Notes: generated from the sequence alone by a model not told the origin. Positions 1-9,961 are shown, counted from the first letter of the stretch. The stretch is 64,000 bases of DNA from Planctomycetota bacterium (GCA_965223545.1 OZ245006.1:6432001-6496000); one strand, 5' to 3'. Numbers and translations: made by a program.

Positions 1-102
1 CAGCGATCCCCTGGCGACCGAGGCGATCGCCAGGCTGATCACGTCGGCCTTGTTGTAGCTGACCAGAACCAAGGTCAGGGGTTGGCGTGATCCGGCGGGC
101 AT
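1..102 (-). CDS. Glycosyltransferase family 2 protein, N-terminus only (runs off window)
   Basis: Manual translation from ATG at 102 gives MPAGSRQPLTLVLVSYNKADVISLAIASVARGSL, a typical GT2 first strand/helix. GGAG RBS lies upstream. Same strand as the neighbouring GT genes. Confidence 0.75.
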   Translation of the reverse strand, partial: MPAGSRQPLTLVLVSYNKADVISLAIASVARGSL

Positions 103-275
103 GGCGTCGTTCTCCGCGCGTCAGTTGGCCGAATCGAGAGTGGGTTGCTCGGTGCCGCAGAGCGCCGGGCGCGGCACCCTAACCACGGCCCGAAAACCGG
201 TCAACTCGACCAGCGGGCGCGCTGGTAGTTCTCCGGCCGCCCCACGTCGGCGGTTGCGCAATCCGGTGGATCGCC

Positions 276-3200
276 TCATGGCCGGGTCTCCCCGCCGCCG
301 GAAGCCGTGGTCGGTGCCGCCTGCAGGAAGTCCCGCACGCGCGCGACGAACGCGGGGTCGGCCGTGCCCGGGGCCAGCTTGTCGGCGAAGGCGCGCCGGG
401 CGCGCTGCCCGGCTTCGGCGCGGCGCTCGGCATCCGTCAATCGCTGCAGCAACGCCGTGAGCGCCGCCGCGTCGCCGCTGTCGACCAACAGCGCGCCGCG
501 TGGCGCCAGCGCCTCCGCCATCGCGGTCTCGGGGTGGCACACGGTCGCGACCCCCGCGGCCAAGGCGGCGACCACGCCGGCGTCCAGCCCCGGCACGCCG
601 CGGTGCGCCAGCGCGAGAACGACGTCGGTGTCCGCCGGTGGCCAGAGCCCGTGTTCGAGGCGGCGCAGGACCGTGAGTCGCGAGCCGTGCGCGGTGATGT
701 GCAGGCGATCGCGCAGATCTTCGAGCGCCGCCAGATCATCCAACAGCCGCGGCTGCAGCACGCGGAGCTGCAACTCGAGGCCGGCGTCGGCGGCCCGGCC
801 GACGGCGTCGACCAAGGTGGCCATGCAATGCCCGCGCAGCGGTCCGCCCAGCAGCACGCGCAGGCCGCCTTTGGCGGGCGCCGGTGGCGGGGCCGCATCG
901 GCGTAAATGGCCGGTGACTGTGGGGTGCAGGGCGCGAGGTCGGCGGAGATCGCCGTCGAAAGCGCTGCGTGGGTCTGCGCACAGTCCACCGCCAACGCGG
1001 CTGCGTCGATCAGCGCGTGGCGGTCGGCGAGCGAGCGGTCGAGTGCGTGCTGCACGTCCTCGCCGCCGACGCTGAGCCCGTATTCGCGGCCGCAGAGACG
1101 CGCCACGGCGCGCACGACCATCGCGGTTTCGCCGCCGCCGATGCCGTGCACGTAGCGCGACTTCTGGATGTCGGCGACCCGCGCTGCACCAAATACGCGG
1201 GCGAGCGCGCTGGGCGCGTCGCGCAGCTCGCGTTCGACCGCGGCGACGGCATCCGCGTTGCGCCCGAGCCAGAAGGCGCGGTCGCGCTGCTGCTGATCGC
1301 CATCGTCGTGCAACACCGTGCAGCGTTGCCGCGCGCTGGCGTTGATCGCGCCGATCGCTGCCGCGTCGGCGTTGCCCCAGGCGACCAGCCGCAACGGGAT
1401 GCCGGCTTCGGTCATGCGCCGCGCCTCGAACGACAGCCGCTCGGCGGCGATGCGGTCGAGGGGACCGAAGCAGACCAGGAGCGCGGTCGGCCCGCTCTCG
1501 TCGCGCTGCGCACGGCGCGCGCCGCGATACGCGCGCCAGTTGTGGTAGCGGGCCAGCAGGCGGTGCGCGGTCTTCCAGACCGGCGCCAGGCGCAGGCCGA
1601 ACAGCACCGCTTCGCCGGCCTGCCACTCGTGCGTCAGCCAGACGTTCTTCAGCAGCTCCTCGCGTTCGAGGTAGGTCTGGGCCCGGGCGATCTGACCGGC
1701 GGTGGCCAGCTGCTCGTGCTCGAGCCGCTCGCGATCCCGCTCTCGGCGCAGCTCGCGTTGGCGCGCCCGGCTCTTGCGGTCGAGCTCGCTCAGCTTCTTC
1801 GTCGTGCTGCGGTACTGCCAGCCCAGCTCGTCCCGCCGCGCTTCGGCATCCTTGAGCTTGCGCTGCAGGTTGTCGACGCGGTAGCGCAGCTCGGTGCGGC
1901 GCTGGCGGAACAACGCCAGCTCTTCGCGCAGCTGGCGGATCTCGTCCGCCTGCGCCAGCAGGTCGCCGACGCCGCGCGCCGAGGGGGGAGCGCCGTCGGC
2001 GTCCCCGTTGCCCTGATGGGGTGCAGTGCGCGCGAGATCGCGCTGGCAGCGCAACTCGTGGGCGCGCAGCGCGAAGGCCTCGGCGAGCGGCGCCAGGGCG
2101 CGCAGCTGCGCGCCATCGCGGGCCAGGGCGCGCAACTCCCAGGGCGAGGTGTCGAGGTCGCCGAGCACCGCCTCGCGGGCCGCGCGCCGGGTGGCGTCGT
2201 CGGCCAGCGCGTCGAGCGCAGCCGGCAGCGAGCTGCCCTGCGCGTCGGCCAGCGGCGCCAACGCCGCGTAGGTCATGGCGAAGCCGTCGGCGTCGCTGTG
2301 CGCGGCGACGGCTTCGTGCAGCGCCGTCGCCAATCGGCAGCGCGCGGCGTCATCGCCACCGTGGTGCAGCTCGCGGTCGACGATCTGCTCGAGGGCGCGC
2401 AGCAGGACGCGGTTGACTTCGAGCACGTAGTCGCCGCGACCACCGTCGTCGAACCAGACGGTGTTGTTGGCGTGGAACCGATAGGCGAGCAGCGGCTGGT
2501 CGATGAAGTGCAGCCCACCGTCGATCGCCGCGCTCAGAAAGAGCAGCCAATCGAGGGTGTACTTGAGATCGCGCAGCCGCGGCATCTGCTGCCGCAGGTA
2601 CTCGGTGCGCACGACGATGTTCGACGAAGTCGCCAGGTGGTTGTGGCGCAGCAGGTGGTCCATCGAGGCCCAGTCGTCGAACGAGGGATCGGCGGTGATC
2701 TCCGCGAACCACTGCAGCCAGCCATGGGTTTTCGGGCCGACGTCGATCGCACAGCTGGTCTCGGCTGTGAGCTCGCGGGATTCACCGTCGATGAACGCCA
2801 AGCCGGTCGCGACCAGTTGGCGCTGGGGATCCTCGTCGAGGCTGGCGAGACAAATGGCCAGTCGGTCCGGGTGGAACAGGTCGTCGGAGTTGAGCAGCGC
2901 GACGTACGGCGTGTCGACGTCGCGCAGCGCGGCCTCGACGGACGCGCCGAGGCCGAGGTTGGTGGCGTTCTGGCGCACCGTCAGGCGTGGATCGTCGATC
3001 TCCTCGGCGCGGGCGAGCGTGGCGTCCGGGCTGCGGTCGTCGACCAGCAGGACGCGGACCGCGACGTCGGCTTGGCGCAGGGCGCTGTGCGCGGCGTCGG
3101 CGACGAACTGCTCGTGCCGGTAGGCGGGGATCAACACGGTGACGCGGGGTGCGTCGGTGGGTACCGCCGGGGTGGGGTCGGGCGGCTCGGAATTCTCCTG

Positions 3201-5117
3201 TGCCAGGGAGGAGCGTTCCGTCGGATCGAGGTCGGGCGAGGTCGCGGCGCGGACCGTAACGGGCGCCGGTCGGTACAGCGGCCGCGGCAACGGGGCGTGA
3301 AGACCCAGGGCCTGCAGTCGCTGCAGCGCCTCGGCGGGCAGCTCGCGGCTGTCGAGGTCTTCGGCGACCACCGCGGCGTGCGTCGCGGGGTCGCGGTAGA
3401 TGCGGCGGAGGCAGCTGTAGGTCGCCGGCGTCGGTCGCCGTTCGGCGGCGAGCAGAGCCAGCCGCCGCAGCTCCGGTCGGGTGCGCGCCTCGACCGCGAA
3501 CTCCGGATCGGCGACCTGCTCGACGAGCCAGTCCTGCACCTCCGTCCAGGACTGCACCTGCGCCACCTGGCCGACGATCCACGCGCCGAGAGCGCCGGCG
3601 AACATCGGGTGTCGGAACCCGGGCAGGGTGACGCCGAGACCGTCCTGTGGCGTGGCGCCGCGAGCGCGCACCGCCTCGGCGACCTCGAGGTGCAGGTCGT
3701 GCAGAGCCCGCAAGAAGTCGCCCTCTTCGCTCTGCCAATCGTCTTCGCCGGCTCCCCAGCTGCGCATCAGGATGCCGTCGACGAGCCGCAACGCCTCCAG
3801 GGGGAGCCGCGCGAAGAGGGGCAGACCCGACTCGTCGAGGGCGAGCCCGGGTGGCTGCCGGCGAGTGTCGGCGAGCCACCACGCACTGTGCCAGTTGTCC
3901 GGCGCCAACAGATGGCGTGGTGCCGCGCCGTTGGTCGGCACCGCTCGGACCGGTGCGGTCGCCGCCGCACGATCGACGACCGATTGATAGATGGCGATGC
4001 TGCGGCGCGCCGTGCGGCTGGCGTCGTACTGGCGCTCCACGCGTTTGCGTGCCCGGTGCCCCAATTGCCGGCGCAGCGCGTCGTCGTCGAGTAAGCGACG
4101 GCAGCTCCGCAACAGCGCCTCGCGATCATCGGTGGCGATCAGCGCGCCGGCGTCGCCAGCCTCGAGTAGCTCGGCGAGACCACCCGTGCGCCACGCGACG
4201 ATGGCTCGCCGCAGCGCCATGGCCTCGAGCGCGGCGCGCGGCGCGCTGGCGTCGCGCATCGCGCACAGCACGACGTCGGCGGTGGCGAGCCAGTGGCGCC
4301 GCGTCGCCGCGGTGGCACCGGGAAGGCGCAGCACCGCGCCACCTTCGGCCGCGGCCGGAGCCGCTTCGAGCGCGCGGTCATCGTTGCCGGCGTCTTCTCG
4401 CCAGTACACCACGGTGATGTCGAGCGCGGTCGCCAGCTCGTCGAGCAAGCCGAGATCGTCGGGCCCGCAGTCGGGTGCGACCAGCAGTTGCCGGTCGCCG
4501 TCGGGCAGCTGTCCTCGTGGGTCGGTGCGGCGCTCATCGTCGAGCGCGGGCAGCGAGATCCCCGGCGGACAGACCGCGGCGCGCGCCGCCGCGCGCTGGT
4601 CTGGCCAATGCCGGCGCAGCCACTGCGAGGTGGCGACCAGCACGCCGGCCCCGCGGGCGGCGGCGCGCCCGAGTGCGCGGTTGGCAGCGTCGTCGAGGTT
4701 GGTCGGCGCGGTGGGGGTCTCGACAACCCGCACCACGAGCGGCACGTCGCCGAGGGCGAGCAGGGCTGCCGCGCTCAGCTCTGCGCCGGCGTCGACCACG
4801 TCCACCACTTCGCGCCGTAGGTGCCGGCGCAGGCCGCTGATCAGGGCGCTGCCGTGCGCCAGAGCCGACGCGGTGCGCGGCGAGGAGGAGGCCAGCAGCC
4901 GCGCGCGGCGCGGTAGGGCGCCCGCCGCGATGCGCGTGATCGCCACGCGCCCGTCGTACTGGGTGTGGTCGGCGCCGGCGTCGTCCTCCGCCAGAGTCAG
5001 GACGTGCACTGTGTGGCCGAGCGCCGCGAGCGCGTGCGCGCGGTCGTAGCTGTCGAGATCCGCCTCGGTGGCGTCGGCCGATGGTGGCAGCGCCTGGGTG
5101 AGGATCGCGATCTTCAT
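276..5117 (-). CDS. Multi-domain glycosyltransferase (~1613 aa): GT4 + linker + GT2 + coiled coil + degenerate GT4
   Basis: Likely start MKIAILTQ at 5117; the upstream ORF extension is the 195-bp repeat. GT4 motifs (LAALGHTVHVLT, ALEAMALRRAIVAWRTGGLAE), GT2 motifs (VTVLIPAYRH, LLVDDRSPD, ALLNSDD, YRFHANNT), a charged heptad stretch, then a second GT-B-like region. Confidence 0.85.
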   Translation of the reverse strand: MKIAILTQALPPSADATEADLDSYDRAHALAALGHTVHVLTLAEDDAGADHTQYDGRVAITRIAAGALPRRARLLASSSPRTASALAHGSALISGLRRHLRREVVDVVDAGAELSAAALLALGDVPLVVRVVETPTAPTNLDDAANRALGRAAARGAGVLVATSQWLRRHWPDQRAAARAAVCPPGISLPALDDERRTDPRGQLPDGDRQLLVAPDCGPDDLGLLDELATALDITVVYWREDAGNDDRALEAAPAAAEGGAVLRLPGATAATRRHWLATADVVLCAMRDASAPRAALEAMALRRAIVAWRTGGLAELLEAGDAGALIATDDREALLRSCRRLLDDDALRRQLGHRARKRVERQYDASRTARRSIAIYQSVVDRAAATAPVRAVPTNGAAPRHLLAPDNWHSAWWLADTRRQPPGLALDESGLPLFARLPLEALRLVDGILMRSWGAGEDDWQSEEGDFLRALHDLHLEVAEAVRARGATPQDGLGVTLPGFRHPMFAGALGAWIVGQVAQVQSWTEVQDWLVEQVADPEFAVEARTRPELRRLALLAAERRPTPATYSCLRRIYRDPATHAAVVAEDLDSRELPAEALQRLQALGLHAPLPRPLYRPAPVTVRAATSPDLDPTERSSLAQENSEPPDPTPAVPTDAPRVTVLIPAYRHEQFVADAAHSALRQADVAVRVLLVDDRSPDATLARAEEIDDPRLTVRQNATNLGLGASVEAALRDVDTPYVALLNSDDLFHPDRLAICLASLDEDPQRQLVATGLAFIDGESRELTAETSCAIDVGPKTHGWLQWFAEITADPSFDDWASMDHLLRHNHLATSSNIVVRTEYLRQQMPRLRDLKYTLDWLLFLSAAIDGGLHFIDQPLLAYRFHANNTVWFDDGGRGDYVLEVNRVLLRALEQIVDRELHHGGDDAARCRLATALHEAVAAHSDADGFAMTYAALAPLADAQGSSLPAALDALADDATRRAAREAVLGDLDTSPWELRALARDGAQLRALAPLAEAFALRAHELRCQRDLARTAPHQGNGDADGAPPSARGVGDLLAQADEIRQLREELALFRQRRTELRYRVDNLQRKLKDAEARRDELGWQYRSTTKKLSELDRKSRARQRELRRERDRERLEHEQLATAGQIARAQTYLEREELLKNVWLTHEWQAGEAVLFGLRLAPVWKTAHRLLARYHNWRAYRGARRAQRDESGPTALLVCFGPLDRIAAERLSFEARRMTEAGIPLRLVAWGNADAAAIGAINASARQRCTVLHDDGDQQQRDRAFWLGRNADAVAAVERELRDAPSALARVFGAARVADIQKSRYVHGIGGGETAMVVRAVARLCGREYGLSVGGEDVQHALDRSLADRHALIDAAALAVDCAQTHAALSTAISADLAPCTPQSPAIYADAAPPPAPAKGGLRVLLGGPLRGHCMATLVDAVGRAADAGLELQLRVLQPRLLDDLAALEDLRDRLHITAHGSRLTVLRRLEHGLWPPADTDVVLALAHRGVPGLDAGVVAALAAGVATVCHPETAMAEALAPRGALLVDSGDAAALTALLQRLTDAERRAEAGQRARRAFADKLAPGTADPAFVARVRDFLQAAPTTASGGGETRP

Positions 5118-5269
5118 GGCAACCGCGCCCCTCGAGCTCGAAGTGGACAGCGGAGAGAATCGGTCGAAACGCGCATTGGCCTGCCGATCATAGTCCGCGC
5201 TTGCGACGTTCCACGCCGCAAACGCGGAGCCTGGGGTGGTGGCGAGGAGCCTGCGCGCGCGGTGCGGGT

Positions 5270-5859
5270 GCTCAGCTCGGCCACGGCCGCAATGAACCTC
5301 GGATGCCGCTCTTGCCGGAGCAGCTTGGAAGGCCTGACCCATCCGCCGCCGGGCTGAGCCAGGAGGCACTGTCTCTCCGAGCCTCCGGCGCGGCCGCGCC
5401 GTCGCCATGGAGGCGGCGTCGCCTCGAGAATGTTGTCGCAGCTCGACGATTCGTGGCGCCGGAGGCTCAGCTCGGCCACGACCGCAACCAAGTTCGGATG
5501 CCGCTCTTGCCGGAGCAGCTTGGAACCTCCGACCCATCCGCCGCCGGGCTGAGCCAGGAGGCACTGTCTCTCCGAGCCTCCGGCGCCGCGGCGTCGTCGC
5601 CATGGCGGCGGGGTTGCCTCGAGATTGTTGTCGAAGTTCGACGATTCGTGGCGCTGGAGGCTCAGCTCGGCCACGACCGCAACCAAGTTCGGATGCCGCT
5701 CTTGCCGGAGCAGCTTGGAACCTCCGACCCATCCGCCGCCGGGCTGAGCCAGGAGGCACTGTCTCTCCGAGCCTCCGGCGCCGCGGCGTCGTCGCCATGG
5801 CGGCGGGGTTGCCTCGAGATTGTTGTCGAAGTTCGACGATTCGTGGCGCCGGAGGCTCA
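5270..5859. repeat. Intergenic direct tandem repeat, 3 x 195 bp, each unit with two long inverted-repeat stems
   Basis: GCTCAGCTCGGCCACG recurs at 5270, 5465 and 5660, with a GCTCA start at 5855. Copies 2 and 3 differ at one base (5655 T vs 5850 C); copy 1 is more diverged. Confidence 0.95.
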
Positions 5860-5863
5860 CGGC

Positions 5864-7438
5864 TCAGCGCTTCGCGTTCTCGCGCAGCACCTGCTTCAGC
5901 CGAATGCGCAACGCCGCCCCGGACTGGTCGGGAGCGAAGTCGGCAGCGAAGCGAGCGCGCGCCTGCTCGCCGAGGGCCATGCGCAGAGTCAGATCACCGC
6001 ACAGTCGGGCCAGCGCTCTGGCGAGCGCTCGGGTGTTGTCCGGCGGCACCAGCACGCCTTCCTCCCAATCGCGGATGACGCCGTCCAGCGGACCTCCGCG
6101 ATGCGCGACTACCGGCACGCCGGCCGCCATCGCGGCCAGCACGACGACCGGAATCCCCGAGTTGGCCGGCGCGGCGCCGTGCCGGTGCAGTGCCAACAGC
6201 AGCGAAGACTCCGCCAACCGGTCGCGCAGTGCGGGGAACTCGTCTTCACCCGGCTGCCAGCAGTGCGACTCCAAACCGTGATGCTCGAGGCGCTCGTAGA
6301 GGGTGGCGGTGTCCGTCGGCCTCGACCGGGAGGCGATCTCGCGACCGAGCAGCGAGAGGTGCAGGTCGCCGCCGCCGTCGACCACCTGTTTGGTGGCGTC
6401 GGCGATCTGCATCAGTACTGCCGGGTGCACCGGCCGCGCGACCAGCGCGCGGATTTGGCTACTGGCCGGAACCCCGGCCGGCGGCGGCTCGTGGTAGACG
6501 GCCGGCGGCTTGATCGCCAAGTGCTCGATCTTGCCCTGGGCGAGCCGGAGCACGACCTGCGCGGTCTGCTCGCAGTCGGCGACGACGACGCCGGCCCCGC
6601 GCAGCAACGCGCCCGCCAACTCGGAGTCGACGCGCCGGCCGTCGGCGTCGGGGCCGGCAACGGCCAGCCCGTACGGAATGCGCAGCAGGCGGGCAGTCCA
6701 CTGCACCAGCGACGCGCCATCGCGCAGGCCGAAGCCGTGCAGGTAGGAGGGTCGCAGCGCGGCGGCCGCGCGGGCGAAGATCAGGGCGCGCCGGCAGAGA
6801 TCGGGCTGGCTCTCGAGGGAGGTCTCGAGCTCCTCGAGCACCTTCGGCAACCGCTTGGCCCAGTAGCCTCGGCTCAGCCCATGGCCGCGCGGGTCGTCGG
6901 TCAGGGTTCGGCAGCGGCGCAACAGGGCGCGCTCGATCGCGTCCATCTCCCGCGGCGGGCCCTTGCTCCAGGCCAGCAATCGGGCGTCGAAGCCGCCGTC
7001 GAGCAGGTGTTTGGCCTCCCACGCGATGTGGCCGTGCTCGGGAGAGGGGAAGGGACCGGGGCACGCGAGGACCACGCGCCGGCCGCCGCCGCCGCGCAGG
7101 CTGGTCAGGTGGCCGATGGTCCGGTCCGCGTGCAAGCGCAGCGAATGCCAGCCCTCCACCAGCGTCGTGCGCATCTGCTCGAGGCGGGACTCCTGGGGCG
7201 GGCAATCTTCCTCCCACTCCTGGTCGTCGGCCTCGAAGTCGTCCTCGTAGTTGCCTTCCTCGAAATCGCTTTCTTCGTAGTCGCCTTCTTCGAAGTCGTC
7301 TGCGAACGAGTCTTCGTCTTCGGTGCCGACTTCGTAGCCGTCGCCCGCGTCGTCACCGTCGCCGTACTCTTCGTAGTCGTCGACGTCGGCGAACCGATCC
7401 CGCTGGTCGGTGCCCTGCTTGAACCTTGGATGCCTCAT
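5864..7438 (-). CDS. Glycosyltransferase family 4-like protein with acidic low-complexity N-terminus
   Basis: GT-B C-terminal signature SGIPVVVLAAMAAGVPVVAHRGGPLDGVIRDWEEGVLVPP...LALARL...ARARFAADF. D/E-rich N-terminal ~75 aa. Confidence 0.8.
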   Translation of the reverse strand: MRHPRFKQGTDQRDRFADVDDYEEYGDGDDAGDGYEVGTEDEDSFADDFEEGDYEESDFEEGNYEDDFEADDQEWEEDCPPQESRLEQMRTTLVEGWHSLRLHADRTIGHLTSLRGGGGRRVVLACPGPFPSPEHGHIAWEAKHLLDGGFDARLLAWSKGPPREMDAIERALLRRCRTLTDDPRGHGLSRGYWAKRLPKVLEELETSLESQPDLCRRALIFARAAAALRPSYLHGFGLRDGASLVQWTARLLRIPYGLAVAGPDADGRRVDSELAGALLRGAGVVVADCEQTAQVVLRLAQGKIEHLAIKPPAVYHEPPPAGVPASSQIRALVARPVHPAVLMQIADATKQVVDGGGDLHLSLLGREIASRSRPTDTATLYERLEHHGLESHCWQPGEDEFPALRDRLAESSLLLALHRHGAAPANSGIPVVVLAAMAAGVPVVAHRGGPLDGVIRDWEEGVLVPPDNTRALARALARLCGDLTLRMALGEQARARFAADFAPDQSGAALRIRLKQVLRENAKR

Positions 7439-7597
7439 CGTTGTGGGAGTGCCTGGTCAGACATCGGCACCACGGCAGGTTCAACTTGGCCTCCTCGCGG
7501 CTTGCACCGCGATGTTCGTCACGCGACCGGCGGCCCGGCAGCGGTCGGCGGCCGAGTGTCGAGCATTGCGACACTCCGCGACCGGGTTTGGCGCGGT

Positions 7598-8806
7598 TCA
7601 GGGCTGCTGGAGGTGCGCGTGGTACAGCGCCACCGCGCGCTCGGCGATCGCGACGTCGGTCAGTCTGGTCGTCACCGTGCGGCGCGCGGCCTCTCCCAGC
7701 CGCGCCCGCAGCTCGGCATCCTCGATCAGCTCCGCGAGCGCCGGCACGTAGCTCTGCGCGTCGCCGTTGCGCGCCAGCAGCCCGTTCTCGCCGTGCTGGA
7801 TCAGCTCGGGCATACCGCCGCAATCCGAGGAGACGATGGCGCGACCGGCGGTCATCGCCTCGATGCACGAGTAGGGGCAGTTCTCCCAGAGACTCGGGAT
7901 CAGGAAGATGTCGATGGTCTTGAGCACCGCCCGCACCGATGGCAGGTCGAGAGCGCCGAGGTGGTGGAACCGGCTGTGCAGGTTCTTGGCGTGCAGCCGG
8001 GGCACGACGCGGTCGCGCAGATAGCCGAACAGGTCGCGGCCGGCGAGTACGAAATGGACGTGGGGGTAGCGCTCGAGGATCGGGATCGCCATTTCCGCGA
8101 CCAGGTGGATGCCCTTGCGCTCCTCCATGCGGTTGGCGAAGAACACGGTGACCGCGTCGCGCGGGAGCGCGAACTCCCGATGCGGATCGATGCCCTCGTC
8201 GCGGTCGAAGAGCTCCACGTCGATGCCGTTCGGCACCACGTGGATCGGCGCGCGGACACCCATCTTGCTGCGCACTTCCTCGGCCAAGAAGGCGCTGCAC
8301 GAAGTGTGCACGTCGGCTTGGTTGATGGCGATCTGCTCGGCGAACGCGGTCAGCTCCCAATCGGTGCGCGGCACGTCGTAGATGCCCATGATCAGACGCG
8401 CCGGCGAGTGGTACTTGATGGTGGTCGGAATCTGCAGCAGCGTGCTCACCACGGCGCCGTCGCCGCCGCACTCGGGCATCTCGATCATGTCGATCTGCTG
8501 CCGCTGGGTCAGGTGGACCAAGGCTTCGTAGGCGGCGTGCGCGGTCTCGACCCGGGCGCCGAACCACCAACAACGCTTGGCGCGGGCATTGCCGAGCAGG
8601 CGCCGCAGCCAGCCCTCGCGCTGAATCCTCGTCACCCGCACGCCGTCGTGCTCGCTGTCGCTCCGGCCCGGGGAGTTGGCGCCGGCGATCACGTGGACGT
8701 TGTGGCCGAGCTTGGCGAGCGCCCGCGCGTGGTAATACGAGTAGGTGCCGATGCCGCCGTAGCCGGTGTCCGGCGGATACTCGTAGGACAGCAGGGCGAG
8801 ATTCAT
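7598..8806 (-). CDS. Glycosyltransferase family 4 protein
   Basis: [36 protein letters not shown], and intact EX7E motif [28 protein letters not shown]. Confidence 0.92.
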   Translation of the reverse strand: MNLALLSYEYPPDTGYGGIGTYSYYHARALAKLGHNVHVIAGANSPGRSDSEHDGVRVTRIQREGWLRRLLGNARAKRCWWFGARVETAHAAYEALVHLTQRQQIDMIEMPECGGDGAVVSTLLQIPTTIKYHSPARLIMGIYDVPRTDWELTAFAEQIAINQADVHTSCSAFLAEEVRSKMGVRAPIHVVPNGIDVELFDRDEGIDPHREFALPRDAVTVFFANRMEERKGIHLVAEMAIPILERYPHVHFVLAGRDLFGYLRDRVVPRLHAKNLHSRFHHLGALDLPSVRAVLKTIDIFLIPSLWENCPYSCIEAMTAGRAIVSSDCGGMPELIQHGENGLLARNGDAQSYVPALAELIEDAELRARLGEAARRTVTTRLTDVAIAERAVALYHAHLQQP

Positions 8807-8984
8807 GCCCGTGTTCTATCGGCTCGGCTGGGGGGCGCGCCATCGCTCGGGGGCGGGGTTCGGGCCGGCCGGCAGCGGTGAGGCGGCTCCTCTTGCCGCT
8901 GCCAGCGCGTCGACCTACACTCCCGCCCCTGACATCCCGGAGCGGTCCGCCGTTGCGGCCGCGACCCACCCCTACGGAGGTTTT

Positions 8985-9203
8985 GTGGCGAAAGAGGAAT
9001 CCATCACGCTCGAGGGCACGGTTATCGAGGCCCTCCCCAATGCGCGCTTCCGCGTCGAGGTCGACAAGGGGCACCGCATTCTGGCGCACGTATCCGGCAA
9101 GATGCGACGCTACTACATTCGCATCCTCCCCGGCGACAAGGTGACCGTCGAGGTCTCTCCCTACGACTTGACGCGCGGCCGGATCACCTACCGCGAGCGG
9201 TAG
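8985..9203 (+). CDS. infA: Translation initiation factor IF-1
   Basis: GTG start after GGAGG. 72 aa [72 protein letters not shown]. Confidence 0.98.
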   Translation: MAKEESITLEGTVIEALPNARFRVEVDKGHRILAHVSGKMRRYYIRILPGDKVTVEVSPYDLTRGRITYRER

Positions 9204-9283
9204 AGCAAGAATGGGGGCCTGGCCCGACTGGGGGCCGAGCGCCCGAGTTTGGGCGGGATGTCACGCGCGATCGGCTCGGGCCG

Positions 9284-9961
9284 TCAGTTGAACGGCTTGA
9301 TCGCGTTGCGGTAGCGGTGCAGCTTCACCGGTCGTCCGAGGCTGGGGTCGCGCAGCCACTCGGTGGGCTGCACGCGGAGTAGGCGATGCTCCTTCGTCAG
9401 CAACGTCAGCAGACCGTTCTCGTCGACCGGGGGCTTGCTGTCGGGGGTGATCTTGATGGTTTCGTAGGTGACGCACGTGAGCAGGAAGCGGCCGTGCGGC
9501 GAGACCTCGAGGGACAGCTTGGCGACGTGGTCGGCGACCACGCGCGACGCCCCGTTCTGGCTGCGCACGACGCGACCGCGGGCGTCGGTGGTGTAGGTGA
9601 TCGGCGGGCTCCACAGCGGTCGGATCTCGCCGGTCGACGCGGTCGCGCTCTCCAGCACGCTGATGCTGAACGCGGACCGCCCGGTGGTCGTGTCCACCCA
9701 GGTGCGGTAGCGCCGGTCACCGGTCATCGGGTCGGTGTCGGTGCCGGCGCGGCGCAGCTCGGTGGCGATCTTCTCCAAGAAGTCGCGGTAGCGGGTCTCC
9801 TCGGCGATCTTCGCGCTGGTGCGCTGGTTGGCGTCGGCGACGGTGATGATCGTCTGGTAGCTCGCCAGCAGCACCGCGAGGAACAGCCCTCCAGCGACCG
9901 TGACTTCGGTCAGGGTGAAGCCGCCGTTTGCCGCGGCGCCGCTGCAGGAGTTCCTTTTCAT
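9284..9961 (-). CDS. Prepilin-type N-terminal cleavage/methylation domain protein (minor pilin/pseudopilin-like)
   Basis: Class III signal GG|FTLTEVTVAGGLFLAVLL with Glu at +5, followed by a hydrophobic helix and 'IATELRRAG'. Confidence 0.75.
   Translation of the reverse strand: MKRNSCSGAAANGGFTLTEVTVAGGLFLAVLLASYQTIITVADANQRTSAKIAEETRYRDFLEKIATELRRAGTDTDPMTGDRRYRTWVDTTTGRSAFSISVLESATASTGEIRPLWSPPITYTTDARGRVVRSQNGASRVVADHVAKLSLEVSPHGRFLLTCVTYETIKITPDSKPPVDENGLLTLLTKEHRLLRVQPTEWLRDPSLGRPVKLHRYRNAIKPFN

Noticed and set aside
5118..5798. N-terminal 65-aa repeats of the 1840-aa ORF, and repeat-containing ORFs in other frames
   Set aside because: These are translations of the 195-bp DNA repeat, open in several frames because of high GC and a unit length divisible by 3. 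The credible GT start is MKIAILTQ at 5117.
5270..5859. Possible CRISPR array
   Set aside because: Units are near-identical over the full 195 bp, with no unique spacers and no cas genes in the window.
5201..8881. 1226-aa plus-strand ORF, and similar long antisense ORFs (969-4094, 30391-35154, 22833-25163, 25232-27433, 58775-61318)
   Set aside because: These are shadow ORFs opposite well-supported genes. They have no motifs and are expected in very GC-rich DNA.
9204..9283. GC-rich hairpins after infA as a terminator
   Set aside because: Short imperfect stems with no U-tract; cannot be distinguished from background at this GC content.
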